Assembly (NCBI GenBank): GCA_025558095.1
Contig: JAIVFI010000031.1
Span: forward strand, 248,001-312,000
Source: Hyaloraphidium curvatum SAG 235-1
Lineage: Eukaryota; Fungi; Monoblepharomycota
Direction of reading: 5' to 3'
DNA length: 64,000 nt
A program made the position numbers and the translations under genes. A model generated the notes under the pieces. It was not told where the DNA came from, made no database searches, and saw nothing but the letters and a program-made list of their open reading frames with translations. Position 1 is the first letter of the stretch, and each line of letters starts with the position of its first letter. Below are positions 26,108 to 39,069 of the stretch, piece after piece.

Positions 26108-28727
26108 TCACATGGATTCGGCGCCGTCGTCCTCCCAATCCTCGACGTCTAGGAAGCAGAACGCCTGCCGCTCCACGCTCACGATGCCCAGCAATCCTCT
26201 GGACGGGTTCGGTTGCAGCGTGGCGCTGCCGCAGTCCTTGACGGCGAACCGGATGTCAAGCACGGATTCCGGCGTCGCGTTGGCGGCGGCGAGTTGGAAC
26301 AGCGGAGTTCCCGTGCCTATGCTTGCAGGAGGCAGCGGCTCGAAGGCGGCATTGTCCACCGAGGCGCACGCGAGGAGCTCGTCCTGCTCCCTGTCCCCGT
26401 CGCGGTTGCGCAGCGCGAGACACATCATCGCCGATCCATAGAACCAGAAGCCCGAGCAGTCCGTCGTTCCTTTCCAGGGCATGTTCGATTCCAGAGCCTG
26501 TACGGAAATGGAGGCCTGTTCCACCGCCAGAGCGGGCGCCGATTTGGGGCGTAGGGATATTCGGAACATGGTTGCTTTGCAGTACCAGTCAGTCAAGCGA
26601 GGCAACTGGCCAGGCGACAGAACGCACCTCGGGTCGGCTCGTCAGTGGATCCCATTGTAGCCACGAGCATGTCATTCTGGTCACGCGAATCAATCCAGAT
26701 CGTCCCGGAACCTTTGTGCGACAGGAAGTCACCTTGTCCGTGAACGACGCAGCCCACGCATTTCGTCGAGGCCCCGCGCCTGCCGGCACTGACTCGTCCA
26801 GGATCGTGCAAGTGCCAACAACGGTCGTCATGCCGTTCTGATTGCGGTTGCTGGGGCTAAAAGCTGCAGCCACGTGCTCCTGCAGTCCGCGTGCAATCTG
26901 GACCAGGCTGTCCTCGTCGCTCTCGTCCAGCAGCCGGGCCACGTCGTCGGACTGCAAAAAATTGTCCAGGTAGCTCGAAACAGCGTTCGAGTCGCACACT
27001 TCGCGGCTTCCTTCCCGTTGCTCCACCGTGTCGTCCAGAACTGAAGGACAGAGCACCATGAACCTTTGCTGAGCGATTCGCAGAGCCAGCTTACCCGTCT
27101 TCAGCCACCGAATGAGTTGTAAAAGCCCCATGGAAGACTGTTCGAGCGCCAAAGCAAGTGTTTGGCAGGCAAAGAGCATGCGTGAACAAAGATCAGACAG
27201 CTTCCGGATGTCTGACACATCAATCTTCAGGCGCCCGAAAGTGCGCTTCCTGCAAACAATAAGTCACGACTTTGGAGCGGTGGCACTTTGGATGGTTCGT
27301 ACCAGCCGGCAATCGATGCCAGCTCCGAAAGAGCTGCGTAGAGGCGTTCGCAAGCCGGGCGAAGGAACTCGACAACGTGCGTCTTGATGCTCGATGACGC
27401 CTGCTCGACCGCTTTCTCCCAAATCCGGATCCCCTGTGGGCAAATGAGCGACCGGAGCGCGAATGCGCTGGGATAGGCCTACCCGGTCCCCAACGTGCTG
27501 CGTGAGGAACAGTTCGATGCTCTCGGTCCGCTTTCCCGTTGCCATGAGGTGCTTGAGCTCCTTCGTTGGATTCGTCGAAGCTGCGGTACGATTGGCATCA
27601 CAAGCCAGCAATCAAGGAGCACACGCACCGCCGTGATCGTAGAGCACCTCGTCAAACTTCTTCCAGTAGCCGTTCGTCGTATCTGCCATCTTTCCGTGTT
27701 CCTCCGCGGCGATCTTCACGACCGAGTCAATGTAGCGAAGCAGGTTGTTCAACGTCTCTGTCTTGTCGGCCACGGCCAGCAGCTCGGTTTTCTTGGCTGC
27801 ATCGAGCCCGGTGGGCGCGACGTCGAGAACGACAGAACGGCCCGGCTTTCCGTCACCGATCTCGTACTCGGACGTAACCCAGACGAAGGCAAGATCGGAG
27901 GAGACATCTACCCTCCGCGATAGCGCCTGAAGGAAGCGGTCGGCAAGCATCGCTGGGGATTGTGCATCGCAACCCACGACTGCCATCCCCAGCCTTCCCT
28001 GGCCGATTGGTAAAGTGCCATAGACCCTGCTATGTAAAGCGCCGCTAGCTGTTGCGACGACCAAGAGATTCATCTTGAGACCAGTTGCCGAATCCTCCGA
28101 TTCCGTGGGCATGAAAGTGGTGGACTCCGACTTGAATACGGTGGAGCTGCAGGATGCCTGTCATGCCTCAGAACCTGGAATAGACCAGAGATGTTGTACC
28201 TGACACGCTGGTGCGAAAGCGGTGCAAGAGCAGGAAGAGAGCCCAGGAAGTCCCCAGAACCTCGGAAGAGGACGGAGGAAGGGTTGGCTGCGGCACGCTT
28301 GTCCTCCTGCCAAGACATCGACACGACCGCGCCTCCCGGCGCATCAATATCCATGGAATCTGAATCCTGGACCTTGAACTTGAAAAGCACGTCCGACGTC
28401 TCCAGATCGAGCAGTCGCACAGAGCCGTCCGAGCATCCGACAGCAAGACCTCTTCCTGGTGCCTGTTCAGAGCACGTCGCATCCCCGACGCGTGCCAGCA
28501 AACGCACCATCGGGTCTCCAGGCAAATGAGGTCACGGTCCCGCCCCAGTCGGCCGTCGAAACCCGCCATACACGTTCCCACGAAAGCAGCCGCATGCAGA
28601 CCACTTCATTGGTTCCCGACACGGCAAACACGTCCATCGTCGGAGCCCACGAAAAGAGGCCATCCCACGGAAAGGGCTTCTCGGCAGACGGCCGTCGAAC
28701 AGGGAAGCCGAGGCTGTCAATAGCCAT
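26108..28727 (-). CDS. APC4: Anaphase-promoting complex subunit 4
   Basis: [30 protein letters not shown]|LAVG WD40 region; [13 protein letters not shown] Apc4 long domain. Confidence 0.8.
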
Positions 28728-28912
28728 TTGGGTCGTGGGGCCGCTGAAAGAGCGCGGGGTGCGAAAACCCCTTCGCCAAGCAGAAAGGCCGCGGCCGGCG
28801 ACCGACTTACTCCGCGTCCCTGCGCCTGGACAGGTTGCGGCGTGCTTTGTGTTGCCGCTAAAGGCGCAAGTGTTGTGCCGGCAGGTGCGGCGGGGACGGA
28901 CGAGTCCGGGTC

Positions 28913-31011
28913 ATGGATTTTGGTGGGCGTTCCTCTTGCGAGCCTCGACTGGATTGCTAACGCAGCTCGCAGACGGCGACGCGACCAAGCGGGACTTTGA
29001 CGGCCGGGACGCCATGGAGACGGACGACGCCGCGGACGTCGAGGAGAGCGCGGCCAAGCGGCTGCGGCTGGCCGTCGCGGAGGACGAGACGGTGCCGGCC
29101 GTCCAGCAGGTGGACCTGGACGAGGCTACCCAGAACACTTCCACGAAAAGGGCGCATGAGCTGCAGCCGTTGCCCGACGGCAAGATCATGGGCATGACGC
29201 CGGTCGAAGGGGACGAAGACGAGGCGGGAGGGGACGACCACGACGGGTCGGGGCAGAGGGGAGATGGGCAGGGCGGGAGCGACGAGCCCCGCGTCACGCA
29301 AACGGTGGTTTTTGACGACGGCTCCCTCGCCAACAAGACCATCTCCGCGTCGGAGGCGATCAAGCGCCTCCCGCAGCAGACCCACGAGATTATCATACCC
29401 TCTTACGCCGCCTGGTTCGACTTCAGCAAGATCCACGACACGGAGAAGAAGGCGCTGCCCGAGTTCTTCAACAACCGCAACCGCAGCAAAACACCCACGG
29501 TCTACAAGGACTACCGCGACTTCATGATCAACTCGTACCGCCTGAACCCATCCCAGTACCTCACCGTCACCGCCTGCCGGAGGTGCCTCGCGGGGGACGT
29601 GTGCGCGATCATCCGCGTCCACGCTTTCCTGGAGCAGTGGGGCCTCATCAACTACCAGGTTCGCTTGGTGTCGCACCCGCCGTTTCTGAGTGCTCACTCT
29701 CCCTGCTCCGCGTGCAGGTCGATCCCGATGCGAGGCCATCGACCTTTGGCCCAGCCTTCACCGGGCACTTCCGGGTCACTGCCGACACGCCAAAGGGGCT
29801 CGTTCCTTTCCAGCCCAATGCGCCAACGGCTGTCGCCGTTCCCAAAACCTCGATCCCCAGCACCAATCTGCCCGCGGCTGGCAAGGCAGCCCAGCTCCCG
29901 ACCAACCTGCCCCTGCGGAAGGATGTCTACGAGGACAGCAAGGAAGGGGTTGCCGACGATGCGAAAGCCAAATCTCCGGAGCCGTCCGAGACCAAGGACA
30001 GTGCGACGGAGGCGTCGACGCGCTACAACTGCGCCACTTGCGGCGTAGACTGCACCAAGCAGCGATACCACAGCGTGAAGGCGCGGAGCTATGAAATTTG
30101 CCCCAACTGCTATTTCGAGGGGCGCTTCCCATCGACCATGTTCAGCGGAGACTTTGTTCGTATGGACACTTCCCCCGGCAGCCTCGTGGAGGACACGTGG
30201 AGCGACCAGGAGACGCTGCTGCTCCTCGAGGGGCTGGAGATGTTCGATGACAACTGGGATCTCGTGGCCGAGCACGTGGCTACTCGTACCCGGGAACAGT
30301 GCATCCTCAAGTTCCTCAAGCTGCCGATCGAGGATCCGTACCTGGGGACGAAGCAGGAGTCGCTGGGACCCCTCCAGCACCAGAGGATCCCCTTTTCGCA
30401 GGCCGACAACCCCGTCATGTCGCTCGTGGCCTTCCTCGCGAGCGTGGTGAACCCCGGAGTGGCCAGCGCGGCCGCCCAGGCGGCTCTGAAGGAGCTGAGC
30501 CAGGGGGCGGAAGCGGCAGACAATGGCGACCAGATGGTCATCGACGTTGCGACGAAGCCCGGGGAACCCAAAGCCAACGGCGAGGACAAGCCTGCGTTCG
30601 GTACGGAGGCGGTGCAGAAGGCTGCGGGCGTCGCCCTGGGTGCTGCGGCCGCAAAGGCCAAGGTTCTGGCCGACTATGAGGAACGAGAGATGCAGCGCTT
30701 GGTCAACACGGCCATTGAACTGCAGCTCCGGAAGCTCGAGGTCAAGATGAAGCACTTCGAGGAGATGGAGAGCATGCTGGACAACGAGCGTCGGGAGCTC
30801 GAACGGCAGCGGCAGCTGCTGTTCGCTGAAAAGTCGGTTCCGCGTGCTTTGCTGTGAGAGCCCCTCTGACATTCTTCCTACCACGTTCAGGGTTGCGCTG
30901 CGTCGCCAATATGGCGACCTCATCGCGCAGTCTGCCCAGACTACCCACGCCGTGCCGCACGCGGACGCCGCCGGGGCCGGAGAGTCCAGCGCGATGCTGA
31001 CAATTGGATAG
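28913..31011 (+). CDS. SWI/SNF-RSC subunit Swi3/Rsc8 (SWIRM-ZZ-SANT)
   Basis: [40 protein letters not shown]; [10 protein letters not shown]; [18 protein letters not shown]; [11 protein letters not shown]. Confidence 0.93.
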
Positions 31012-31037
31012 GTATAGAGCCCGCAATACAGCCACAA

Positions 31038-31451
31038 TCACTTCTCCGCGTTCTTCTGCCACAAGCGCCACCCCTCCGAAGTTTTGAAGTCCCGGTCCGA
31101 GGACCGCTCCGGCGCCGTCAGCGCGGAATAGGTCACGCCCTCCTCGTCCGTATACCGGGCAGCGGGCGTGACAATGTCCACAACAACGAAGTGCTTCCGC
31201 TTCGAAACGCGCTGGCACGACTCGATCACGACCTCGTCTCCGACGACGCATCGCTCGGTCTCGTCGTGGCAGAGGAAGTTCTTGTGCTTCGTCACCACCT
31301 GAAACGAAGGCTGCTTCAGTCTCCGCGACACTGCGTCGAACAGGACGGTACCCGCCTTCTTCACGATGGGATGCAGCCTCTGGTGTGCGACCCGGACCTT
31401 TGCCGTCTTCTGCATCGCCGTCCCCACCACCATGCCCACGAATCGCACCAT
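31038..31451 (-). CDS. MRPS17: Mitochondrial ribosomal protein uS17m
   Basis: GMVVGTAMQKTAKVRV..HP..HKNFLCHDE..CVVGDEVVIESCQRVSKRKHF. Confidence 0.85.
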   Translation of the reverse strand: MVRFVGMVVGTAMQKTAKVRVAHQRLHPIVKKAGTVLFDAVSRRLKQPSFQVVTKHKNFLCHDETERCVVGDEVVIESCQRVSKRKHFVVVDIVTPAARYTDEEGVTYSALTAPERSSDRDFKTSEGWRLWQKNAEK

Positions 31452-31616
31452 CGCGAGCCACGCTTTCCTCAAGTGAGGAGGAGAAGCAACAGGTCCGGGA
31501 GAGAGGTGCTAGCCGCGCCGGGAAAGTGACCGTGAACTTGCTCTGAGATTACGCGCGTGCCGCCGCCCAACCCACCTGCCTGACCGCCGCCCTCTGCTGA
31601 CGAGAAGCGCGTATCA

Positions 31617-33020
31617 ATGGCCGCGGATCATGCGAGACACAAAGCCTATTTCATGCGATGCGTTAGGACGCTTCCGCACCAGTACACCGGGGCAGACACA
31701 ACTAGGTACGCGCTGCCCGTCACCGACCCCGACCCTATGCCAACCCGACCACAAGGATGACGTTGCTCTTCTTCGCTCTGGCCGCATTGGATCTCTTGGA
31801 CTGCATTTCCTCATTCTCGGAGTCCGAGAAGGCGGGGATCATCCGCTGGGTTTATTCGCAGCAGATCCTGCCGGAATCTGCCGACGATGGTGCGCCAAAT
31901 CTCCATGCGGGGTTTGCCCCGGCTCTCATCGGGCGGCTATGCAGATTGCGTTGGTTGCGGCTTCCGGGGTGCTCCTTTCCTTGGCGACGGCGGCTCGGTA
32001 AGGTCCCAGGGCACCTTGGACACGGCACACCTTGACGTCTTGGGCCCGTTCCGCCAAGCCCCGGACACGAAATCGCTACGATGTCGGCCACGTCACGATG
32101 ACGTACAATGCGCTCCAGATCCTCCTGATCCTTGGCGATGACTTGTCACGGGTCGACCGTCGTGCGATCGCGAAAGGGTTAGCGCATCTTCAGAATCCGG
32201 ACGGAAGGTGGGGACAACGGACCAACGCGTGTCTTGCGACTGAAGGTCGAAAAGCTTTGCACCCTACGAAGGCAGTAACGAGTGCGACATGCGTTTCGTG
32301 TACTGTGCGTGTGCTGTCAGCGCTATGCTCAACGATTGGAGCGGTGTCGATCGCGAGAGTGTCGAGCGCTTCATCCTCGCCAGTCAGGTGCGACATGGCT
32401 CGCTAATGTCGAATCGTGACTTGCCTAATTGATCCCATTCTTTCAGTCTTACCAGGCCGCATTCGGTCAGAGGCCAAATGAGGAGGGCCATGCCGGATCG
32501 ACCTTCTGTGCAGTGGCATCCTTGGCTCTGATGCAGCGGCTGGACGTGTTGGCGTCGGCAAAGAGCAAGTTGTTGCAGTGGTGTGTGCTGCAGCAGGAGA
32601 AAGGCTTCCATGGTCGAACGAACAAGGTGGACGACACCTGCTATTCATTCTGGGTCGGAGCTACCCTGGCGGTAGGATCGGGCTCCACGATTCTGTGCGC
32701 CCCGTCATCCTGATTTGCACGACACAAGATTCTCGGCCACTTGGACCTGATCAACAAGGACGCCAACGAATCCTTTTTGTGGGAAACGCAGACGCCGTAC
32801 GGAGGTTACGGGAAGACACCGGGAATACCACCAGGCAAGAAAGCACCCAGTTCCAGCACGGCCGTCTCTTATCTTCTATCCAGATCTCTTGCATTCGTAC
32901 ATGGGTATTGCGTCACGTTCCATGGCTGGAGCAGACGGGCTGCAGCCGCTGGACCCCTCCCTCAACGTGTCACAGCGGGTAGCTCGGCGAGTCCAAGAAT
33001 TAGCCAGAAGTAGAGACTAG
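31617..33020 (+). CDS. CDC43: Geranylgeranyltransferase type I beta subunit
   Basis: MTLLFFALAALDLL, HVTMTYNALQILLILGDDLSRVDR, DMRFVYCA, EGHAGSTFCAVASL, GFHGRTNKVDDTCYSFWVGATL, PDLLHSYMG. Confidence 0.9.
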
Positions 33021-33023
33021 AGA

Positions 33024-33876
33024 CTAGAGCTCGCCACACTCTGCTATGACGACCGGTATCTTTGGTCGATTGTTCGGTCCTGTCGGCACGTTCTCAATTT
33101 TCCGAAGGGTTAGGAGGCCGTCGACCAAACGGCCCTGAACGACAAAGGGTTGAGCCCCAAGGAAGTGTAGGGAGTCGAGGTAGCACCTACGAAAACGACG
33201 TGCTTCCCATCCAGGAAATCGGTCTTGGCGCACGTGATAAAGAACTTTAAGTGTTCCGACGGACAGGTTATGCTCTGGATGGCACGCCTGTCCGATCCCA
33301 CCAACCTGACAACCGTTTGTGTGGGGTCCCGAGTTGGCCTTGAAGAAGGGTCAGTGGCCGTCAGACGATGAACACAGCGCCCGCTTGCCATTGACAGAAG
33401 GCCGGGGCCCGTGTGCTTCAGCTCAAAGTTCTCGTCCTCGAAACGATCTCCGTAGATGCTCATGGAGCCAGTTCCGTCGCCCTTCAAGAAGTCCCCTCCC
33501 TGACACATGAAGTCTGCGCGGCATGAACCATGTAATCCTCGAAGCTGGAGTGTGGCAGCCGAGTCCCGGACCTTTGATGACCCGGTGAAATGTCGCCCCC
33601 TTGTAGCCCTGGGGCACGCCGTTCCGCCTAAAGACCCAAGTCAGATGAAGCGTCCGTGACCAGAACTATCATGAAACGTACTTGAACTCGCCGGTACACA
33701 ACTGCCGGAAGCTGGAAGATGGGTTAGCGGGCCATAAGTGTGAGTCGGAAGCACAACGCTCACTTCTCGGCCGTCTTCGGCACCGTGTCGCTGAAGAGCT
33801 CCATCTTTATCCTCCCCGCCTTCTCGCCGCCAATAGTAATGTCGAAGAACACGACCGGTCGCGGAGGATTCGCCAT
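33024..33876 (-). CDS. PPIH: Cyclophilin H (U4/U6 snRNP PPIase)
   Basis: [79 protein letters not shown]. Confidence 0.9.
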
Positions 33877-33944
33877 CGCGACGACTCAAGCCTCGAACGA
33901 TCAGGTGTGAGAGCTCTCACGCGCCGAACCCGCCGACAGGCCTG

Positions 33945-34608
33945 ATGTTCTCTGCTCTGAGCAAGGAGCATGCGACGCGGCAGAATGCTATCCGGACTCG
34001 AATAGGTATGCTGCGATCGTCGGATCCCGAGGCCCAGCTGATCGGACCTGCCAGAGCGCTACCGACGCGATGCCCAGGCGGCGATCGACCTCTTGAACGG
34101 ACCACTCCTCGACAGCCTCAACTTGGGGTAAGCAACCGAACAGATCACGTCGAGTCCGCCAGAGAGTAATTCATTCCATCGGTAGAGTGGCCCAAGTCTT
34201 CAAGAACGAGCGCGACCTGGAAGCGGATGCAAAGCGGTTCCAGGCCGCGGCGGCAGCGTACCACAAACAGTGCAGGGACTGGCTAAGCCTCGTAGACCAA
34301 TTCGACAATGCCTTGAAGGTCAGGGGATGCGGGGAGGGGAGGGACGAGACCTGACCGCGCTTCCACTGCAGGAGCTGGGAGACGTGCGCAACTGGGCCGC
34401 GGTCATGGAACGGTTTGCTGCTCACCTCTGCTGTGCTTGACCTCTGGAGTGACCTTTGCGCCGTTCACTTGACAGCGACATGCTGCAGATCGTCACCGCT
34501 GTGGAACGGACACGGGATCCGGCACCTTTGGCGTCGGGCAAGGATCCCTCGTTGGTACCGACGGAAGAGGATCGGGATGCCGTTGAAGCCTGGCTGAATG
34601 ATGAATGA
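33945..34608 (+). CDS. BLOC1S1: BLOC-1 subunit 1 (BLOS1/GCN5L1)
   Basis: Spliced reading LNLG|VAQVFKNERDLEADAKRFQ..WLSLVDQFDNALK|ELGDVRNWAAVME; not captured by the ORF track. Confidence 0.8.
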
Positions 34609-34693
34609 ACTCTTTGTCCAATACCATCTATCTACAAGCAATTGAAACGAGACAATACATGATCATGCACGATATCCTGGAATGACTCGCTCA

Positions 34694-37600
34694 TCATGCG
34701 AAGAACCTGCGAAAGTGAATCAGTGCCTGTCCACACGAACCTTCTTGGCGTGTCCTACCGCTTGTTGATCAGGAAAAGCAGCAGATTCACGTTCACTTTC
34801 GCGACGTCGAAGAGCGTGATCTGACGGACGCCCTCGTTTTGCTGCTGCAGCAGCTCCTCGATCCGGAGCTCCATCTGCTCCGCCAGCTTCACACCCATGT
34901 ACGAGCAATCGATGAGGAACACCCCGGGCTGGTTCGAGCTGATCACCAGACTCATGCCTCCGTACCTGTCACGGTCCAAATGTAAGAGCGGCGCCGTGCC
35001 CGTGTCTCCATCCACTCACTGTTTCGGCGTGTAGCCTTCCACTCCCTCCAGAACCCCCTTGACGCGGAGCTCCTCGGCGGTGTACTTGTAGGACCCAAAC
35101 TTGGGCATGCGTCCCGACTTCTCGAGGTTCTTGACATGCCAGTACTGCTTGCTGAAGAGCGGGGCCTTCTTCATACGGTGCCGGTTGTTCGAGAGCTGAG
35201 CAGTGCAAGAAGCGATGTAGTCGTTGTAAGACTGCTTCTGCTCCTGCAAGTACTGCGACCGTTGTTGCAGGCCGCCGATTGTCTGCCGGACCCGGCCGAG
35301 CTCCTGCTGCAGCTGCGCCCGACGACGGGTCTTGGTCACGATGTCCCGCGCAATAGCGGTCACAACGTCTTGGTAGTTGTTGCTACGCCTGCATTTCTTT
35401 GCGGCCTCCAGAGTGACCAGGTTCGCCAACGCACGCTTCTTGGTGTCGTCGAGGCTCGACAAAGCCTGCGCATTCCCTTCGCCTCGCTCGGCACGCTTGC
35501 GCTGCCAATCACGGAAACGCTGTTCGTCAGCAGCGGTGGTTTGGCGCCCTAGCAGCTCGACCAGGTTGGTTGCTCGGTTTGTCGCAAGAATGTCAGCAAT
35601 CATCCGCTTGGTCTCTGCCCATACACGAGTGAGCTCGACTCCTGACGGAATGGGCGGTGAGAACGGTGCAGTCGCTGCCGAGATTTTAGACTTGCCTTCG
35701 GCAGAGTGCACCAAATGGCGGTTGATCAAGGGAAGGGATACAGTCCTCGACCGATCGGCGTCACCCGCGCTGCCAATCGCCGGAGCGGGGCCAAGCTCTT
35801 GCAATGTAACAGCCAGAGGATCCTTGCGGTTCGGCACTAGGTCGTCGATGTTCTCAATGAGCATAGCGTGCACCTGGTAAATCTCCCCGGTAGTGATGGC
35901 AATCGTCGGCTTGGACGTGAGATCCAAGTACTCATCCATCTGGAAGTGGTTCTCGGCCGACTCGACAGTTTGAACTTGATTGCCAGTATCCGTCAAGAGT
36001 GCGCAAAAGGGCAACGACGGACAATACTCACTGTCGGCCAGGAACTTTCGGAACTCGGTAGCGCAGTTCTTGACAAAGTGCTCCAGCGGGATCAGGGTAG
36101 TATCCTGCGCCGAAAGCCTGCCGTTTTGCACACAGTTAAGCAGCTTGCCGATCTCGGCGAGGTTGCGGCGTTGGTTGATTTCGATCGCGTCGGTGACCAC
36201 GTCGTACGCTTCCGGAGCACTGGTTGCCGACACGATGAGCTTCTGCGTGACAAGCGCGCGCGAGAAATACACACCAGATGGCAGGGTTCATGAAGCGGTA
36301 GTACAGCACATGGCCGATAGCAGCATCGATTTCGGCTTCCTGGGCCGGGAACTTTGCCCTGAGCTGCTGGCCGAGCTCGCTCAAAATGCAGCGAATCCCG
36401 AAGGGGAGATCTTCCTGGGAAGCAATGATCCGATCCAGGAACTTGGTTGTGAAGGCTTTGAGGTTGTTCAAGTCTTGGGAGCGACGAGTGTCAGTCACTG
36501 GCTTTGTGATGGCAGGTATACGCACGGGATCTGTAGCGGGCATTGGTGTCCGAATCGTGCAGCGCTTCGTTCGGGGTCACGTTGTACGGCCGGGTGCTCT
36601 TCTGACCGGTCTTGGTCTCTTCGTCACGTATGCTCGCTTTGTAGATCTGCACCGTTCCGAGAAGTTGGCTTTCCTTCCAAATGGAGCTGTTCAAAGGGTC
36701 TTACCGAGAGAATGTCCGTGTCAAGGTCCATGTCCTTGGCATCCAAAACCTCCATGATGAGACCCTGGAACGTTTGCTGCAAGTATCGCCTCTGCCCGGG
36801 GGCCCTAGGACGGACGTCAGGCGCCATCGGGTGCGAAACGGTCATCTGCAATACCTGGTGTAGTGCAGCAGCAGGCGGACGTAGAAGGGCTGTGCCTTTG
36901 CGATGTCGCCAATCTCCTTGGCCTCCCGCACCTCGAACTGGATGGCCGTCTTGATGAGCTGGAGCAGGAGGTACTCCTCGCGGTTCTGCTGCGCATAGCC
37001 AAAGAGCGCCATGACCACGCCCTCCACAAAATTGTTGAAAGCCGCCCCCCACTTGCGGTTGAGCAGGAACATGAGCTTTCCCAGGTACACAGGCTGAGTC
37101 TGGAGGAGATAGAACAGCGACTGGTAGCCTTCGAGCTTCTGGCGAGACTCCTTGTCCAAGGTCTTTGCGCCGAACAAATCGCCCAGGGCTCCCTGTTCGG
37201 CCTCGGATCCGCGGTGCTCCCGGTAGTGCTTGGTGGTCGTCCGGATGACGTCCTCCAGGCTGATTTTGTTCCGAATGAGCAGCGAAATCTTGACTTCCAT
37301 GTCCTTGAGGTCGCTCTCGGTAGCGCTGTTTGACCTGATCAGCTTGATGACCTGGTGCTTCAAGTTTTCCAGCTCTGCGGAAATACAGCGGGCGGTTGAT
37401 GCAATAGCTGTATCGCGGCAGAGATCAACTCACCGGCCTCGTCCGCGAAGTCGTTGTTGGTGGCGTCGGCTGCCAGAAGGTACTTGCGAACGGTCGCAAG
37501 GGCAGGGTTCGACAAGGTGCCTGCCACGCGGGAGTCGGTTGCGGTTGACGGTGGGCGCCTCATCCGCACTCACGCATAGACTCCATCTCCCGCTGCCTTG

Positions 37601-39069
37601 ACGATCGGTAGAAGGCCTGGATCGCACGGGCAGCATCGCCCCTCTTCTTGTTAATCCGCTCCTGCTGTTCTCTGGCGAGGCGCATTGCCCGCTCCCGTTC
37701 CTCGGCTTCCCGCTGCAAGGCATCGCGGCGTTGCTTCTCGATGTACTCCTCCCGCGCCTTCTGCTCTCTGCGCTGCCGCTCCTCCTCCTCACGACGCTGC
37801 TTCTCCCTGAATGCGGCCAAGTCCCGCTCGAAGGCCGCCCTGGCAATCTTTCCGCGCCACAAGGCCTGGACCTTGACGACCGCGGCCAGGTTTTCGCGGT
37901 ACGCAGCATTCCATTCTGTAGATCGACTTGTGAGCACGGATGAAGCACGGCAACGAAGTTCCACCAACTTTCTTCAAGCTTCATCTCCTTCGAGAGACTG
38001 GATTCGATGCTGCCAAAGCTAGGCATAGCGACTCCGGCTTCGTCCATCTTCTGCTTCTCGGCCCTAAGCTGGTCATCTGTTGGGCATCTGTCAGCGCATG
38101 TCTGACAGCTCGGCGGTGCTTCCTCACCAGTGAAGGAAAGCTGTCCCCGGAGGTCGCGGATCTTGGGTCCCATCCCTTTGCGGGCGAGGAGATGCGAAAG
38201 GGCGTGAATGGCGTAGATGACCTTGGGGATGTTCTTCTTGTCGTATGCGTCTGTGAGCTCGAAAATGAAAAGCTGTGTTGCTTGTGTGTTAGGAGCTGGA
38301 AGGGTAGCCTGAGGTTCGTCGCCCACCTCAGGAAGCCCGACTTCGCGCATGGCCATGAAGAGGTAGTTGATGTTGTCCGAGTGCCGGAAGTTGAGCTTCT
38401 CTCCCTAGAGAAACTGCGTCACGACGGCATTCCAGGGCCTTCAACGAATCGAGACCCACGGTAAAGATCCTCCCAACGACCTTGGGGCAGAAGCTCTTTG
38501 CCAGCTTGGCAAGGATGATACCGCGCTGGCATGCATCGTCCAGGCTTTGGATGTCCTCGATGTGCTCGCCAATCATTGCCTCGATCCATCTTGCAGCGAC
38601 ATGAGCGGTATTTTGAGAGATTCAGCGACATCATCCACTTACTCTTTAGCCTCGCCGAGGTGGCACAGGTACTCGTACGCCTGCAGCTCCTCGCGTTGGA
38701 GGTCCATCCAGTTGCGGGTCACGCTCCCGGACTTGCCCGGCGCGGCGACAGGCTCCTCATGGCGCTTGAGGCGAAGCCGGTCGTGCATGCCTGTCAGCCG
38801 AAGTGAGTCTTTACGAGACGTTCGATGCTGCGCAGGCGTGACCTACCGGCGACCTCGACGGCATCGTCGGGCCTGATGATCTCGACGGCCTTGCCCTGCG
38901 TCAACCCGAGTTCCGAGCTGTCGGCGGACGTCGCAGCCGAGTCGGTAGAGCCAAACTCGAGATTCTTCAGACCGAGCGTGCCCGTGCCCTCGGCCACGAG
39001 GGTCGTCGGCGAGGTGCCCGTGTGCCCGAGCGAGAGGGTGTTGATGGGAGGGAGTTGCTCCGAAGCCAT
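34694..39069 (-). CDS. IQG1: IQGAP (Iqg1/Rng2-like): CH, IQ, RasGAP, RasGAP_C
   Basis: AYEYLCHLGEAK, FRHSDNIN, IFELTDAYDKKNIPKVIYAIHALSH, VQALWRG IQ, FYLLQTQPVYL, YYRFMNPAI, FGSYKYTA, VNVNLLLFLINK. Confidence 0.93.

Noticed and set aside
29694-31037. 447-aa minus-strand ORF
   Set aside because: Antisense shadow of the Swi3/Rsc8 gene.
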